A stretch of DNA of 64,000 nucleotides from Octopus vulgaris. Lineage: Eukaryota. The stretch spans positions 114,266,001 to 114,330,000 of the forward strand of contig OX597818.1 in NCBI GenBank assembly GCA_951406725.2, given 5' to 3'. Under the pieces are notes generated by a model. It saw only the letters and a program-made list of their open reading frames with translations. It had not been told where the DNA came from and made no database searches. The position numbers and the translations under genes were made by a program. This document shows positions 39,190-52,850 of this stretch, one piece after another (positions within the stretch are counted from its first letter, which is position 1; each line of letters opens with the position of its first letter).

Positions 39190-39730
39190 GGAAGTGAAAA
39201 GACAGAAAATAGACATTATCGAGTTAACTTTTCGGAGGCTCTGGTACCGCTCTGAGTTCTTCATCCTCAGTATATACTGACTAATGTTCAGAACCATCCT
39301 CAGCATCCACCAGCTGAATGAGTTTTTTGGTCGGTATCCAAGTCTCAGACACGTATAACAGCACAGACTCCACTGCAGCAACGAAGAGACGGATCTTCAG
39401 GTCTTCATGAAGGTCCGATTCCCATGCAAATCTCAAACTGTGACATATCGCTCAGTGTTTGCTCCTCCTCTCAACTATATCACCCTCTGTGTTCCCAACC
39501 TTTGCTCCCGGATACAGGAAGTCCTCAACGACCTCTAGTGGCTTCCCACCTACATTCATAATCTTCTCCGGCTTCTTAATGTTCTCTACCAGATACTTTG
39601 ACTTAATCTCATTCATTTTAGCCCCACACTCATCGACCCAGTCCCCACCTCCTGCATCAACTCCTCTGCCTCCATCACTGTGTTTGTCACCAGAACTATG
39701 CCAGTAGCAAATTCAGCATCTGATATCTTT
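39190..39730 (-). pseudogene. Decayed RTE-type LINE RT fragment
   Basis: Minus strand ISDAEFA.., KPLEVVEDFLYPG, LKIRLFVAAVESVLLYVSETW. Confidence 0.7.
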
Positions 39731-39754
39731 TTAGCCTTACGTAATATATATATC

Positions 39755-40057
39755 ACCGTGATTACCGTGACCGACCAGGCTTTCAGACTTTGCTACACAT
39801 CGCTGGTAAAAATGCGCTTCGCATTGTTTTTAACCTTCAAATGACGCCACCCCGCTAGCTAAGCGAGCAGGCCAACAGAAAAAAGAGTGAGAGAAATTTG
39901 TGGCGAAAGAGTACAGCAAGGATCGCCACCCTCTGCCGGAGCTCGTGGAGCTTTAAGTGTTTTCACTCAATAAACACTCACAACACCCGGTCTGGGAATC
40001 GAAACCGCGATCCTACGACCGCGAGTCCGCTGCCCTAACCACTGGGCCATTGCGCCT

Positions 40058-40060
<3 letters not shown>
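39755..40060 (-). mobile_element. SINE group B head with a third body
   Basis: Well-conserved head ggaggcgcaatggcccagtggttagggcagcggactcgcggtcg; body differs from 4731 and 16357 copies. Confidence 0.8.
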
Positions 40061-40094
<34 letters not shown>

Positions 40095-40215
40095 TATATA
40101 TATATACATTTAATATATATATATATATATATTTCAGTATGTGACCTCGTGAAGACGACCTGCAATTTTTTTTCCTCTGTCCTCCCGTCTCGGGATCTTT
40201 CTTTCTTTCTCTTAT

Positions 40216-40250
40216 GTTTCCGACGAAGAGCTCCGCTCGAAACGTCATAC
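40216..40250 (+). ncRNA. Minimal hammerhead variant (GAGC-tcc-GCTC family)
   Basis: CCGACGA-a-gagc tcc gctc-GAAA-cg-TC; U4C core change; element ~40140-40345 homologous to 32570-32760. Confidence 0.65.
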
Positions 40251-40341
40251 CCTCCTTCTTCTATTTTCCTGAGCGCCTAATAATAATAATACTGTAATTG
40301 TTCCACGTGTTGTTGTTTTTTCTGTTTTCCCGTTTGGATTA

Positions 40342-40385
<44 letters not shown>

Positions 40386-40394
<9 letters not shown>

Positions 40395-40608
40395 ATATGT
40401 TACATTACTCAATAGTCAAGATAAAACTCTGAGTTTCAGATGCTGAAGTGGAAATCCACAACACCATCTCTTCGGTTATCTGGCCATCTGAAAAATCGTT
40501 TTTCAGATGGCCAGATAACCGAAGAGATAGTGTTGTGGATTTCCACTTCGGCATCTGAAACTCAGAGTTTTATCTTGACTATTGAGTAATGTAACATATT
40601 ATTTTATA
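40386..40608. repeat. Near-perfect palindrome with a hammerhead-like motif in each arm
   Basis: ~110-bp arms, 3-nt spacer, 2 mismatches; plus arm agataa-CCGAAGA-gat...atct-GAAA-ctcagag-TT-ttatct (40513-40575). Confidence 0.9.
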
Positions 40609-40673
40609 GATAATTTCCTCTATTTACATAATATTGAGGTCTCTTTCTTTCTTTTGTCATCTTACCGTTTTTA

Positions 40674-40745
<72 letters not shown>

Positions 40746-40845
40746 ACAATCAGTTGTTCATAAATCCGACAAAAGATGCACACTCTAATAGTTTTTATAA
40801 ACAATAATATTTTATGTAACCGTTGTTTTGTTTATGACCAGAAAG

Positions 40846-40900
40846 TACCCATTGGTTTCGCGTCTATTATAGCTCTTAACATGTCTTGGCGACGCTTCAG
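40846..40900 (-). ncRNA. Degenerate hammerhead-like motif
   Basis: Minus strand CTGAA-gcgtc...gacgc-GAAA-cc aatg gg-TA; core lacks 2 nt and stem I is not evident. Confidence 0.35.
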
Positions 40901-41009
40901 GCCCGCTCACCAGTAGCACATAACCTCTTTATTAATGGAGGTAAAAAGCTAGTCTTGGTCAGCATGATGGTGAATAAACCCTTGACTGGACATAACCAAC
41001 GATTACATA

Positions 41010-41010
41010 A

Positions 41011-41044
<34 letters not shown>

Positions 41045-41650
41045 CTTTGTGTCTTTATTTGTCTCCCACTAACGCTTTACCACCGGTGTTGGTGGGTTTA
41101 CTTCCCCGTAATCTAGCGGTTCGGTAAAAGACACCGATAGAATAAGTACTAGGTTTATATTTAAAAAAATCAGTGCTGCGGGCGATTCGTGTGACTAAAA
41201 TTCTTCAAAGCAGTGCCCCAGCATGGCCGCAGCTTAATAACAAAAGCAAGTAAAATAAAAGACAAAACAAAATGAAATAAATGCAAGCCGTGCCGAAAAT
41301 CTGAAACTTTTAGTCTACGTCTTTCATTTCGCGGTATACAGCGAAATTCTAAGATACTGTGGCGAAATTTGATTTCATAATTCGTGACAGACGTTGCCAT
41401 CTTTCATATCTCATTCTTTTTATTCTGTCTTTTACGTGTTTCAATCACTTGACTGCAGTCTCGTTGGGGTACTGCGTTGAAGATATTGATCCGAACGAAT
41501 CGACTCCAGGGCTTATTCTATTACTTTTTATAAAGCTTAGTTCTTACTTTCTCGGTCTCTTTCGCTGTTTTGCCGAACTTTTAAAGTACAGAAACTTAAA
41601 AACACCACCATCGGTCGTCACGCGATGGTGGAGGACAAACACAAACACAC
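41010..41650. mobile_element. Two SINE group A 3' halves, tail-to-tail
   Basis: Plus copy ~41010-41260 and minus copy ~41420-41650. Confidence 0.75.
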
Positions 41651-41702
41651 GCACACACACACACACATACAGTCACACACGCACACACTGTATATATAGG
41701 AC

Positions 41703-41965
41703 CAGGGCCGGATTAAGACCCATCGAGGCCCTAAGCACTTTGGTGCCCCCATAAAAGATTATGTAATTTAAAATATAAACAATAGCAAACCATAGAAGAA
41801 AGCTTCATTTTTCACAACAAAACAAAACAATAAGGGGGAAAATAACGTCTGTTTTTGTACACTTCTACTTTATTTATTTTTGAAAACTTTCCTCCTACTT
41901 TTTTGAATTGCAAAATTAATCTTAGGTAACACATCAGCATCTATACTTAGAAGAGATAAAGGCAT
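41703..41965 (-). mobile_element. hAT transposon 3' end remnant
   Basis: Terminus cagggccggattaag; minus-strand peptide LSLLSIDADVLPKINFAIQKSRRKVFKK* resembles the hAT dimerisation C-terminus. Confidence 0.6.
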
Positions 41966-41974
41966 CCTGAATAT

Positions 41975-42521
41975 TCTTTTCTACTCTAGGCACAATACCT
42001 GAAATTTTTTGGGAGGGGCCAGTTGCGTAATGGGGCAGATTAGATCTGCTCCAGTACGCAATTGGTACTTAATTTATCGACCCCGAAAGGATGAAAGGCA
42101 AAGTCGACCTTGGCGGAATTTGAACTCAGAACCTAAAGACAGATGACATACCTATTTCTTTACACAGAAGGGAAAAACAAGGACAGACAAACTGATTAAG
42201 TCGATTATATCGACCTCAGTGCGTAATTTAATCGACCCCGAAAGGATGAAAGGCAAAGTCGACCTCGGCGGAATTTGAACTCAGAACGTAGCGGCAGACG
42301 AAATACCTATTTCTTTACTAGCCACAAGGGGCTAAACACAGAGAGGACAAACAAGGACAGACAAACGGATTAAGTCGGCTATATCAACCCCAGTGCGTAA
42401 CTGGTACTTATTTAATCAACCCCGAAAGGATGAAAGGCAAAGTCGACCACGGCGGAATTTGAACTCAGAACACAAAGACAGATGAAATACCTACTTCTTT
42501 ACTACCCACAAGGGGCTAAAC
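41975..42521 (-). mobile_element. SINE group C head-to-tail multimer
   Basis: Core at ~42083, 42238 and 42422 (last spacing 184 bp). Confidence 0.85.
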
Positions 42522-42811
42522 GGCTTTCTTTCAAAGGTGTATATTCCGAGTGTGTTAGGTGTGCAAATTTATTATAAATATTACTCATTAATTTAATAAC
42601 AAATCTTGGCGGAAAACTTTTGTTACAATCCTGCTTGGAATTTAGTGGCATTGGGTGTGACAACACGCCCACTACACCAACCATCATACGCCACTGAAAG
42701 AAACCGTCTGTGTCTGTTTCTCTGTACCATAGCCACTCAAAAGTTTTGTGAAAGCCTAAGGCTATATCGAAGACACTTGCTCAAGATGCCATGCAGTGGA
42801 GTTGACCCCAG

Positions 42812-43218
42812 GGTACTTTTTGGTTATCTCACCCCCATTAAAAAATTGCCATTAAAAACCGGGTTATCTCCCCACTAAAAAGTTGAGCTTATGTGGCGAC
42901 AAGAGATTGGATTACGAGAGTTAGATTCTTTTGCTTCAACACTTCAACACATTGTTGACGTTTGGCCTCCTCAATAGGAATGCTATGATTCATTAAAAAA
43001 TGTTATAAGATTGAATAAGATGCTTAATCTTCTCAGCTTTCCTTTTTATTTTTTTTCCGCTTTCATGTTTATTAATTTTTCCATTCTTTTCTTTCTTTTA
43101 TTGATGGTTAAACAATTTTTTTTAGATGGGGAAGCTAACCAAAATTACCGATATTTTTCATAAAACGGGGGGGAAATAACCCAATTTTTTAATGACGGTG
43201 AGATAACCAAAACGTACC
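42812..43218. mobile_element. Merlin-like MITE inserted in a SINE group A head
   Basis: TIRs ggtactttttggttatctcacc / ggtgagataaccaaaacgtacc; 8-bp TSD gaccccag (42804-42811, 43219-43226). Confidence 0.8.
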
Positions 43219-43469
43219 GACCCCAGAACCATGTGGATGGGAAGTAAACTTCTTAACCACACTGCCACATCCGTCTTAACCCCACTGTTACACCTGTAAC
43301 AATGCAATTTTATTCAGAAGTGGCTTTGATTTATCATCTCAAACCTCATAACTTTTCTCGTTCTCACAGTTTCCTCGTCAGACTGGCACCGTCAATATGT
43401 AAGGATGTTGTGAGTGTATGTAATATGCCTGCCTGTGTCTGTGTGAGCGTATCCAAGAGAACGAGCGAG

Positions 43470-43568
43470 CTAGAGAGAGAGAGAGAGAGGGAGGGGGGAG
43501 AGAGAGAGGGGAGAGAGAGACAGATAGATAGATAGGTAGATAGATAAATAGATAGGTAGATATATAGG

Positions 43569-43616
<48 letters not shown>

Positions 43617-43632
43617 CAGATAGATAGATAGG

Positions 43633-43694
<62 letters not shown>

Positions 43695-43763
43695 TGTAGG
43701 TAGATAGATAGATGGATAAATAGATAGATATATAGATAGATAGATAAATAGGTGGATAAGTAA

Positions 43764-43839
<76 letters not shown>

Positions 43840-43862
43840 TGTGTGTGTGTGTGTGTGTGTGT
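43470..43862. repeat. (GA)n-(TAGA)n-(GA)n-(GT)n compound microsatellite
   Basis: Direct inspection; source of the poly-IYLS ORF. Confidence 0.95.
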
Positions 43863-45226
43863 AATGAGTGTAATGAAAACTAGCTAAGGCATGAGGGAAT
43901 TTGTTCACATATATCGACATATAGGTTAGATAGACAAATAGGATGCATAGGTAGATACAGAGGCTAAGTAAATTGATCGATAAATAAATTAACTGAAAAG
44001 ATAAGACAGCTAGGTGTGGCAAAATTAGAATATGTAGCGTAAAGAGCCATGGTGAAACATATTTTGATGAATGCTTTGTATACATTAACTAGGGCCAAGT
44101 TAGCAGCATAGCAGGCAAGCAGGTGGGTAAATAGGTAGATAGGTATGCATGTAGGTGGCTAGATCAAGTGGCATGTTTGGTAAAGGAGAGGTAGGTGATG
44201 GCTTATAATACGTATGTAGAATGTGATATATGGCTAGCAACAGGCAGTGGTGACAAACGGATATAAATCGACAAGTAAAGAAAGAGGGACTGAGACAGAT
44301 TGATTGGTGTAGAGACAGTGAGTAAAACATCCCGCATATACTTAACTGTTCAGGGGGAAATATGTGAAGAGAGAAGATACGAATAAGATAGAGAGATGAA
44401 GGGGAGAAGAGCGCGTGAGAGGTGGAGGTAGTAAAAAAAGGAAGTAGTAAAAGGAGGGAGATAGAACGAAAGGGAGAGAGAGAAAGAGGGAGAGAGAGAG
44501 AGAATGAGAAAGAGAGTAAGGAAAAAAGGAATAACATGTTTTATCATGTTTCATATCTTTACAAAGTCTCTAAGTAGGACATGTTTTGCCAAGCAAAGGA
44601 ATTAAATAAATTGATAAATAAAATATATAAATAAAATATATAAATAAAATATATAAATAAAATAATATAAAATAAATAAAATAAATAAAATAAATAAGCA
44701 AAACTAAGTTCTAAAGCTGAAAAATTCGAACTTCTGTCTAAACAATTGGAAATACTAACCAGTTAGATACATATAGCCATACATACATACATACATACAT
44801 ACATACATACATACATACATACATACATACATACATACATACATACATACATGCATACATGCATACATTATATAAACAACAATATAACTGAGAAGCCAGA
44901 CACGAAACAATTTTTAAGATAGACAAAATGGCTGTAATCACTTATTTTTACCATTGATACGGCCAAATCCTTTTATCCTGGGGTTTTACGTGCCGCACCC
45001 AAGCTTCTGGCATGTTACCTCATTTTATTTCTTTTTCCCTTTCTCTATTGTTGTTATTGGTTATTACAATAAAAGTTAAATACACTTTCATCCGCTCCGT
45101 ACTCGTTCTACTACTTTAATATATTTGTGAAAAACTGTCGAATATTCTCGGTTTAGAATTTTAGTGCTGCTTCGATACACAGACACACTAACTTCCCACT
45201 GGTGCACGCTCGTACACATGCTGTTC

Positions 45227-45308
<82 letters not shown>

Positions 45309-45419
45309 ATCCAAGAATCTGTCTATTTCTTTGTCAGCCTGTCTCTCCCTCCCCCCCCCCCATCTCTCTTTATATATATATATATATGCATACACATATA
45401 TATATATATATATATATAT

Positions 45420-45954
<535 letters not shown>

Positions 45955-45959
45955 TACAA

Positions 45960-46352
45960 GCGCAGACGTGGCTGTGTGATAAGAAGCTTACTTCCCAACC
46001 ACATAGTTGCAGGTTCAGTCTCACTGCGTAGCAACTTGGGCAAGTGTCTTCTGCAGCAGCTTCAGACCGATCAAAGCCTTCTGGCTGGATTTGTTAGATG
46101 GAAACTGAAAGAAGCCCGTTGTATATTTGTGTGCCCGTGTATTTGTATGTGTGTCTGTGTGTCTTTGTGTTTGTATTTGTTCCCTTACCATCGCTTGACC
46201 GATAGCATTAGTACTAGGCTTACAAAGAATGTGTTCTGGGGTTGATTTCTGGGGTTGATTTCTTCGAGTAAACAACACTTTAAATTAGTGCTCCAGCATG
46301 GACACAATCAAAATGACTGAAAAAATGTAAGAGAATAAAAGTAAGAATAAAA
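45960..46352 (+). mobile_element. SINE group A
   Basis: Head-to-head with the previous copy across (TA)n. Confidence 0.85.
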
Positions 46353-46785
46353 GAATATGTATGTATGTGTGTGTTTGTACAATTAATGTTCAAGCGCTGG
46401 GTATATTCCTAGTAGTAAGTGGATAAAGCACGATCTCTGACTAACCCTAACTCTATGGCTATGGCTACCTGAGATCATCTACGGTAATCACACAGAGTTG
46501 TCGTTGGCTCTACCTCGGAAATTCTTCAGTGTACGTTGAGCACAAAACAAATGACAGGGACGGAAATGAAATACACGGAAAACTTAATTTCTCACTACGA
46601 TTGCGAGGACTTGAAGCAGGATGTGTCTAAACCAACAATTTTTTTGAGCAATAAAGTTTCCCGTAGATTGCATTTTCCGTCTCTATCATTTGTTATACAC
46701 ATAATAACAGAAATCAAATGACGAAGACAGGTGTATAAACAACAATCAGGTGTATTAGTTTAACGCTCGGGAAGGTGAGAAAGTC

Positions 46786-46819
46786 TTTTATGTTTCGAGC
46801 CTACGCTCTTCAGCAGAAA
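46786..46819 (-). ncRNA. Minimal hammerhead variant (GAGC-gtag-GCTC family)
   Basis: Minus strand ttt-CTGCTGA-a-gagc gtag gctc-GAAA-ca-TA-aaa. Confidence 0.55.
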
Positions 46820-47099
46820 GGAACACGAGGTATTAAATAGGGAAAGAATGAAAAAAGAAAAAACTTTTGGAGCTAGCGGTCAATCATGGCGGCTGGCTGG
46901 ATGAAGGTTGTTAGACAGGAGAGCTAGGAAGAACAGGAGATAATAAAGTTATATATATAGCCAACATAAACCCAACAACCCAAACACCCACCCACCAACA
47001 CACAAACAGACATACACACAATCACTCAGACACATTTAAGTATGGGGTGGATATATATATATATATATATACATACATACATGCATACATACATACATA

Positions 47100-48303
47100 C
47101 AAGGGTTGGACAAAATGATGGAAACACCTAAAAATTTCAAACAAATTTATTTTAATATGGGGTAGGACTGCCTTTGACAATAGTTACAGCTTGAATTCTA
47201 CGAGGTATGGACACGTGCAAAGTTTGAATTGTTTCCAAATGAATTTTTGTCCATTCTTCAGCTAAAACAGTCTGCAGTTCTTATAGTGATGATGGTGGAG
47301 GATATCGACTCCTTACTTGTTTTTCTAAAATGCACCATAAATGTTCAATAATATTCGGATCTGGGGACTGTTGTGGCCAGATAAGAACTTGGTGCACTAT
47401 CATCCTGAAAGATTGCGTTTTCCCCCGGAAACAGTTTCGCAACCATAGGATGAATTTGATCACATAAAATATTTTAATAGTCTTGACTATTAATTCTGTC
47501 ATGAAGGGATATCATTAGGCCAACGGATTTCCAAGATATAGCCCCCACACATCATCACAGATCATCCGCCATGTTTTACAGCTGGAAGGGTGCAGACTGG
47601 CTCAAATGCTTCTTTTGACTCTCTCCACACGTATACTCGGCCAGTGATCGGAAATAAGTAAAGGAGGACTCGTCCGAGAAAATAACATTCTTCCACTGCT
47701 CTAGGGACCAATTCTGTAGTTGTTTACTCCACTCTAAACGCTTTGTAACATTTGTTTTCGAAAGTAGTGGTTTTCTGATTGCAGCCTTCCCATGAAATCC
47801 GGTTTTGTGAAGCTCCCGACGAACAGTTTTTAAGGAAACTGGGTTCTCGAGGTGGCCATTATGCTCCACAGTAATTTAGTGAGCTGTATTTTTGTGATCC
47901 TCTGTAACAATTCACGTAAGCGTCCGACGGTCCCTATCTGAAAGTTTTGGTTTTCTTCCGGAGTTTTGTTTTAACGAGGGGGTTTTTCGCTCTCTCTCTT
48001 TGTCATTACTTTCGATAGAGTACTTCTTGATAACCAAACATTTCGGCTGTTTTCGTTACGCCATACTAGCACCAACAATTTGACCTCCTTGAAAGTCCGA
48101 TACACCTGTCATTTTAATGAATTTTAATTACCTTTTTCTGATGATATCTGAAAAGAAATAGCAATTTTAGCAAAACATATTCAGCAACACTAATAATAAA
48201 TAAAAAAACATAAAAATAAACAAGCTTTTGACGGTTTTATAGATATTTCAGAATTATGATGCTATAATGCTAGGAGTGTTTCCATTATTTTGTCCAACCC
48301 CTG
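47100..48303 (-). mobile_element. Full-length decayed Tc1-like DNA transposon
   Basis: TIRs gggttggacaaaatgatggaaacac / gtgtttccattattttgtccaaccc; frameshifted transposase (start ~48112) with WKNVIFSDES and WPQQSPDPNIIEHLW. Confidence 0.9.
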
Positions 48304-48308
48304 TGTGA

Positions 48309-48398
<90 letters not shown>

Positions 48399-48457
48399 AT
48401 AGAGTAAACTTACATAACATGGACGCAAACAATTAGAGGGTAGAAGGTGTTGTAAGT

Positions 48458-48582
48458 CCGACAGCTGTTTCTGATGGCTCGGAGTTACTTCATAATATTA
48501 GCAGATGTAGTTCATCAAAAATTTGCAGCCAGTAAGAGAAGAAAATAAACACTGGTAAAATCCCGAGCCTCCTTCATCTGGG
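48458..48582 (-). ncRNA. Degenerate hammerhead-like motif with long stem II
   Basis: Minus strand cc-CAGATGA-..ggctcgg...ccgagcc..-GAAA-cagctg-TC-gg; same stem III palindrome as 14717. Confidence 0.4.
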
Positions 48583-48772
48583 TAGACAGATAAGAGCCTT
48601 CAGGACGTGTGATCTTCAATTTATAGTAATAATTATTATGATACTTTTTCACTTCCCTTTCACTTTTCTCGGGAATTGCAGCTATCATTGTTGTAGCTGT
48701 TGGTTTTGTTATGGCTGTTGCAAACATTTCGATCAACTCTGATAGTGCATACTTTTGAAGGGTTATACTGAA

Positions 48773-48836
<64 letters not shown>

Positions 48837-48891
48837 GTTGTTGTTGTTGTTGTTGTTGTTGTTTTGTTGTTTTTGTTGTTGTTGTTGTATT

Positions 48892-49105
48892 TAGGAATGG
48901 TCATGTTGCCAGTTTAGCCAATACAAAGACACACTCACTATATATTTGGTGTTACTTTACTTCAGCGTTATTTATTTTTTACATTAATCTTAATCTTATT
49001 TCGGCCAGATTAATGTAAAAAATAAATAACGCTGAAGCAAAGTAACACCAAATATATAGTGCGTGTGTCTTTGTATTGGCTAAACTGGTAAAATGACCAT
49101 TCCTA
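48892..49105. repeat. Fold-back inverted repeat (99-bp arms)
   Basis: 48892-48990 / 49007-49105; 16-nt spacer reads ggcc-GAAA-taaga-TT on the minus strand. Confidence 0.9.
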
Positions 49106-49176
49106 GATAAAACAATATGTGTTTCAACACACGATTTCACATCAAAAATCTTGCAAAACAAATATATAAACGTAAA

Positions 49177-49396
<220 letters not shown>

Positions 49397-49398
49397 TA

Positions 49399-49610
49399 GA
49401 GTGAGAGAGAGAGAGCATGTCATCAAATTTACACTGGGGTGCAAATATACGAAGTCCAATACACGCACCATGATCCTGTATCTGATAGGAGTACAAAAGA
49501 CGCATGCATCACAAGTATATGTGCGCGACATGGTGATCTGATCGGGGAAAAACAGCGCACGACCTTGAAGGTGGGGCCCAGTTAGAATTATGTTCTGGTC
49601 GAGTAGCCAT
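49399..49610 (-). mobile_element. 3' portion of the (TAA)n-tailed element family
   Basis: Reverse complement aligns to ~28910-29120. Confidence 0.75.
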
Positions 49611-49898
49611 CATCATCATTATCATCATCATTTGTGTACAGCATGTAGTACATCAACTTAACCATGCAATTTCTTGCCACTGAAGCGTTTGACTTATCTC
49701 CTTTTAACTCATTATATTTTTAATTATGTAAATCTTACTGGTCATGCATCATCAAGAATCGATTTCTTTTTTGTATTAATAAGCATCTGATAGTTAAGCT
49801 TGTTTAGACTATATATTGAAACATTTTCATAGTGGCTGTTTGTCTACAAACAAACAGTGTACATTATATGATGACGTTATAAATTGTGTTATATTTTT

Positions 49899-50122
49899 AC
49901 TTTTGTCATGTAAAGTTTTAATCTCTGTTGTTAGTTTTCAACTCGATTAGAATCACAGTCTTATGGTATTGAGATTTGATGCTAAAAGACAGAACTGAAA
50001 TACTAGCAACTTTTGTCATGTAAAGTTTTAATCTCTGTTGTTAGTTTTCAACTCGATGAGAATCGCAGTCTTATGGTATTGAGATTTGATGCTAAAAGAC
50101 AGAACTGAAATACTAGCAACTT
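49899..50122. repeat. Tandem duplication, 110-bp unit x2
   Basis: acttttgtcatgtaaag... at 49899 and 50009, two mismatches. Confidence 0.9.
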
Positions 50123-52074
50123 GAAAGGTGGTTCCACGACTGCATAAAACATGTTTCAGTCAACAAGTATGTGCATAGGCAGTTGTTCCAAGTTGGTGGT
50201 GGCCAATGAACGAAGGGACTTCTGACCAGAAGGGGCTTGTGATCATTCACCTCTGGTCTGAATGAGGCGAGTGGGTTCAGGAAAAATAGTTTCCTAATCG
50301 AAGGGCTTAAAGCGTTTGGGAAATCAGATGATGAAGTAGAAGATGAAGGGAAAATAATGCAGGGTCGGGAGGGAAGTGGTGCAGCCGATAGTTTATCTTG
50401 GTGAACGGTGATGTCGAGGGCAAGTTGGGTGTTGTCTGGTGCAGAGCTAAAAGTAAAACATTTAGTAGGGTTTAGTTTCAATGTTACAGTTTCAGCTGCA
50501 AAGGTATTGAATTGTTAGAATGGGATGACGTGAATGGGTGTGAATGGTTGAGTGGATATGTGAGCAGGAGAAACCAAGAGGGTTTATAATGTTGAATGTG
50601 AAGAAGGTGTAAGGCATCGTACAAACAGCAACAAAACGCCATCAAATCGTAGATTTCTGCCCCAAAAAGAAAGCTCACATTTATTGGATAAATGTGGTCG
50701 TTGATTTCACTACAAAATAGGTAGGATAGTAGTAGTTGGAATGTCTTTAATCGATTCTAGTTCTATTCGATCAGGTCTGATCTGAGATTAAACAATAACG
50801 TCAACAACAATATCAGTGAAAACTCTTGCTTTTTTTTTTTTAAATCAAGCTTCAGCTCGGTCGCAACTTGCAAAAAATAACAGGAAAACTTAATTTAAAA
50901 GCACTCTATCGTTTTTGTTTTGAAATAAACGCAGTTTATTAACAACATAATGTGACATAAAACACGTATGAAAAGACTGGACAAACATAGCTAGGAGTCT
51001 ACTTTGACCATCGAATCGAGGAATGTCGAAGCTAAGCAACCAAAACCAACAGTAACAGCTTTTGTTCAGGGCAGTTTTCGTTTACACGGTAAATGCAAGT
51101 AAGTTTCTTTGTTTATCAGATATTAAGGATTAAACATGAAGAGATATCAATATATTTGATAAATAGTCTTGTCTGTTTACATATAGTCAAGTCGACTACA
51201 GTTTGTTATATAAACAAATGTAAGATTCGTTTGGGCAAAGTAAGTGTGCACGTATGCTGTACAAAGTTTGTAACCTGATTCAGCAGAAACAAAAGTAATT
51301 GAGGATCCAACTATTTCCCTTAATGAAGAGGCTTTAACTTTATTTAGAAGCGCTTTCAAAACCTGATTCTGCTTGAGAAAATAAACATCTCTGAAATTTA
51401 CTTCCTTTATCAGAAAGGAAAACGAGATGGTCACGAATCAAATAGCGGTTGAAAGATACAAAGCTTTGTTTTCAAAAGTAAACTTAGTAAAATTGAAGAA
51501 ATACATATTTCAAAATACAAAACTGGCTTCAAATTTTGGAGCAAAGCCAGAAAGTTTGGGTAAATGGAATACATCGACCCCAGTCGTTAACTAGTACTTG
51601 CTTCCTCGACCTCGAAATGATGAAAAGCAGAAGTCTACCCTCGGCGGAATTTGAACTCAGACGGACGAAGGAGCGGCAAGTAATTTGCCTGGCGTGATAA
51701 CGATTCTGCCAGCTCGCTGCATTGTTCACAGATACAATATTAACGGCCTAAATGACCTTTATAGAATTAAAGGGAATATGGAATCACGTTAGACATTTAT
51801 GTGGCCCTAATCTACGAAACATAACCTTAACAGAGACATTGCCAAATAAAAATGACTCATAGATTAAGACAGAATCTATTGCAACAGAGCAGGCATTTAA
51901 AGTGGACATAAATCACGTATCTACTACAACGATAAGGAAAACGACAAACAAAATATCAGCAATACGGACACACATACATCTACATACGGACACATGCTAC
52001 TGTTGTTATTAACAGCTATCTCACGAAGTTGAATATGTTACCTACAATAAAAAAAAAACTTCAAAAAAACGAGT

Positions 52075-52380
52075 ACTTCGTCGGTTACGACGACGAGGGT
52101 TCCAGTTGATCCGATCTACGGAACAACCTGCTCGTGAAATTAACGTGCAAGGGGCTGAGCAATCCACAGACACGTGTATCTTTAACGTAGTCCTCATGGG
52201 GGATTCAGCGTGACACAGAATGTAACAAGACTAGTCTTTTGAATTATAGGTACTTAACCAGTTGAGCGAACTGGAGCAACGTGAAATACAGTGTTTTGCT
52301 GAAGGGCTCAACGCACTGCCAGGAATCAAACTCCCCACTTTACGATCTTAAGTCGAATACCTCAATCTCTAAAACACGCA
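52075..52380 (-). mobile_element. SINE group B (alternative head)
   Basis: Matches 6492 and 30395 copies. Confidence 0.75.
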
Positions 52381-52594
52381 TCTTCGCTTCAACTGCAACA
52401 CTTAAAAACTCCCACAAACTTTAAAATACTCAATACTTCATGGTTTTACAGGTAACCCAAAAGTTACCATATCCAACTGAACAGCTTACACTGACATACA
52501 TCTGACTCTTCAATCCGAAAGAAACTCTTCCTCAGACATTACCTTTTTCTCTACACTCCCAGAAACTGAACCTGTTTACCAACGATGACCGACA

Positions 52595-52850
52595 CTCCTG
52601 AGTTTACCAGCTCAGTATGATCATCGCAATAAGTACGCACGATAATAAAGAAAATAAAAACTTCAAAAATAACACAATGAAACGAGGTCCACACCAGGAA
52701 ACAAATCAGGATTTTCCGGATTTAACAACACAATCATCAACATAAAACGTGAGCTACATCTGTCCAACAAAACTATTGTAGGTGCATAAAAAAGAGACAA
52801 TACTTGCTACAAATATTGCATTAAAATATACGACCCTAATTATACATTAT
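52595..52850 (+). pseudogene. Possible highly decayed Penelope-like GIY-YIG endonuclease relic
   Basis: Across frameshifts VYQLS..DHRNKY, KIKTS, KSGFS, HNHQH, reminiscent of GVY.I.C..C...YIG..R..KS....H...H; weak. Confidence 0.3.

Noticed and set aside
39990-40060. tRNA-like sequences here and at 25165, 5020, 12390
   Set aside because: They run into SINE bodies and lack a complete acceptor stem; SINE heads, not tRNA genes.
41975-42521. Regularly spaced repeats resembling a CRISPR array
   Set aside because: Whole units are repeated with no unique spacers, no cas genes, and the context is eukaryotic.
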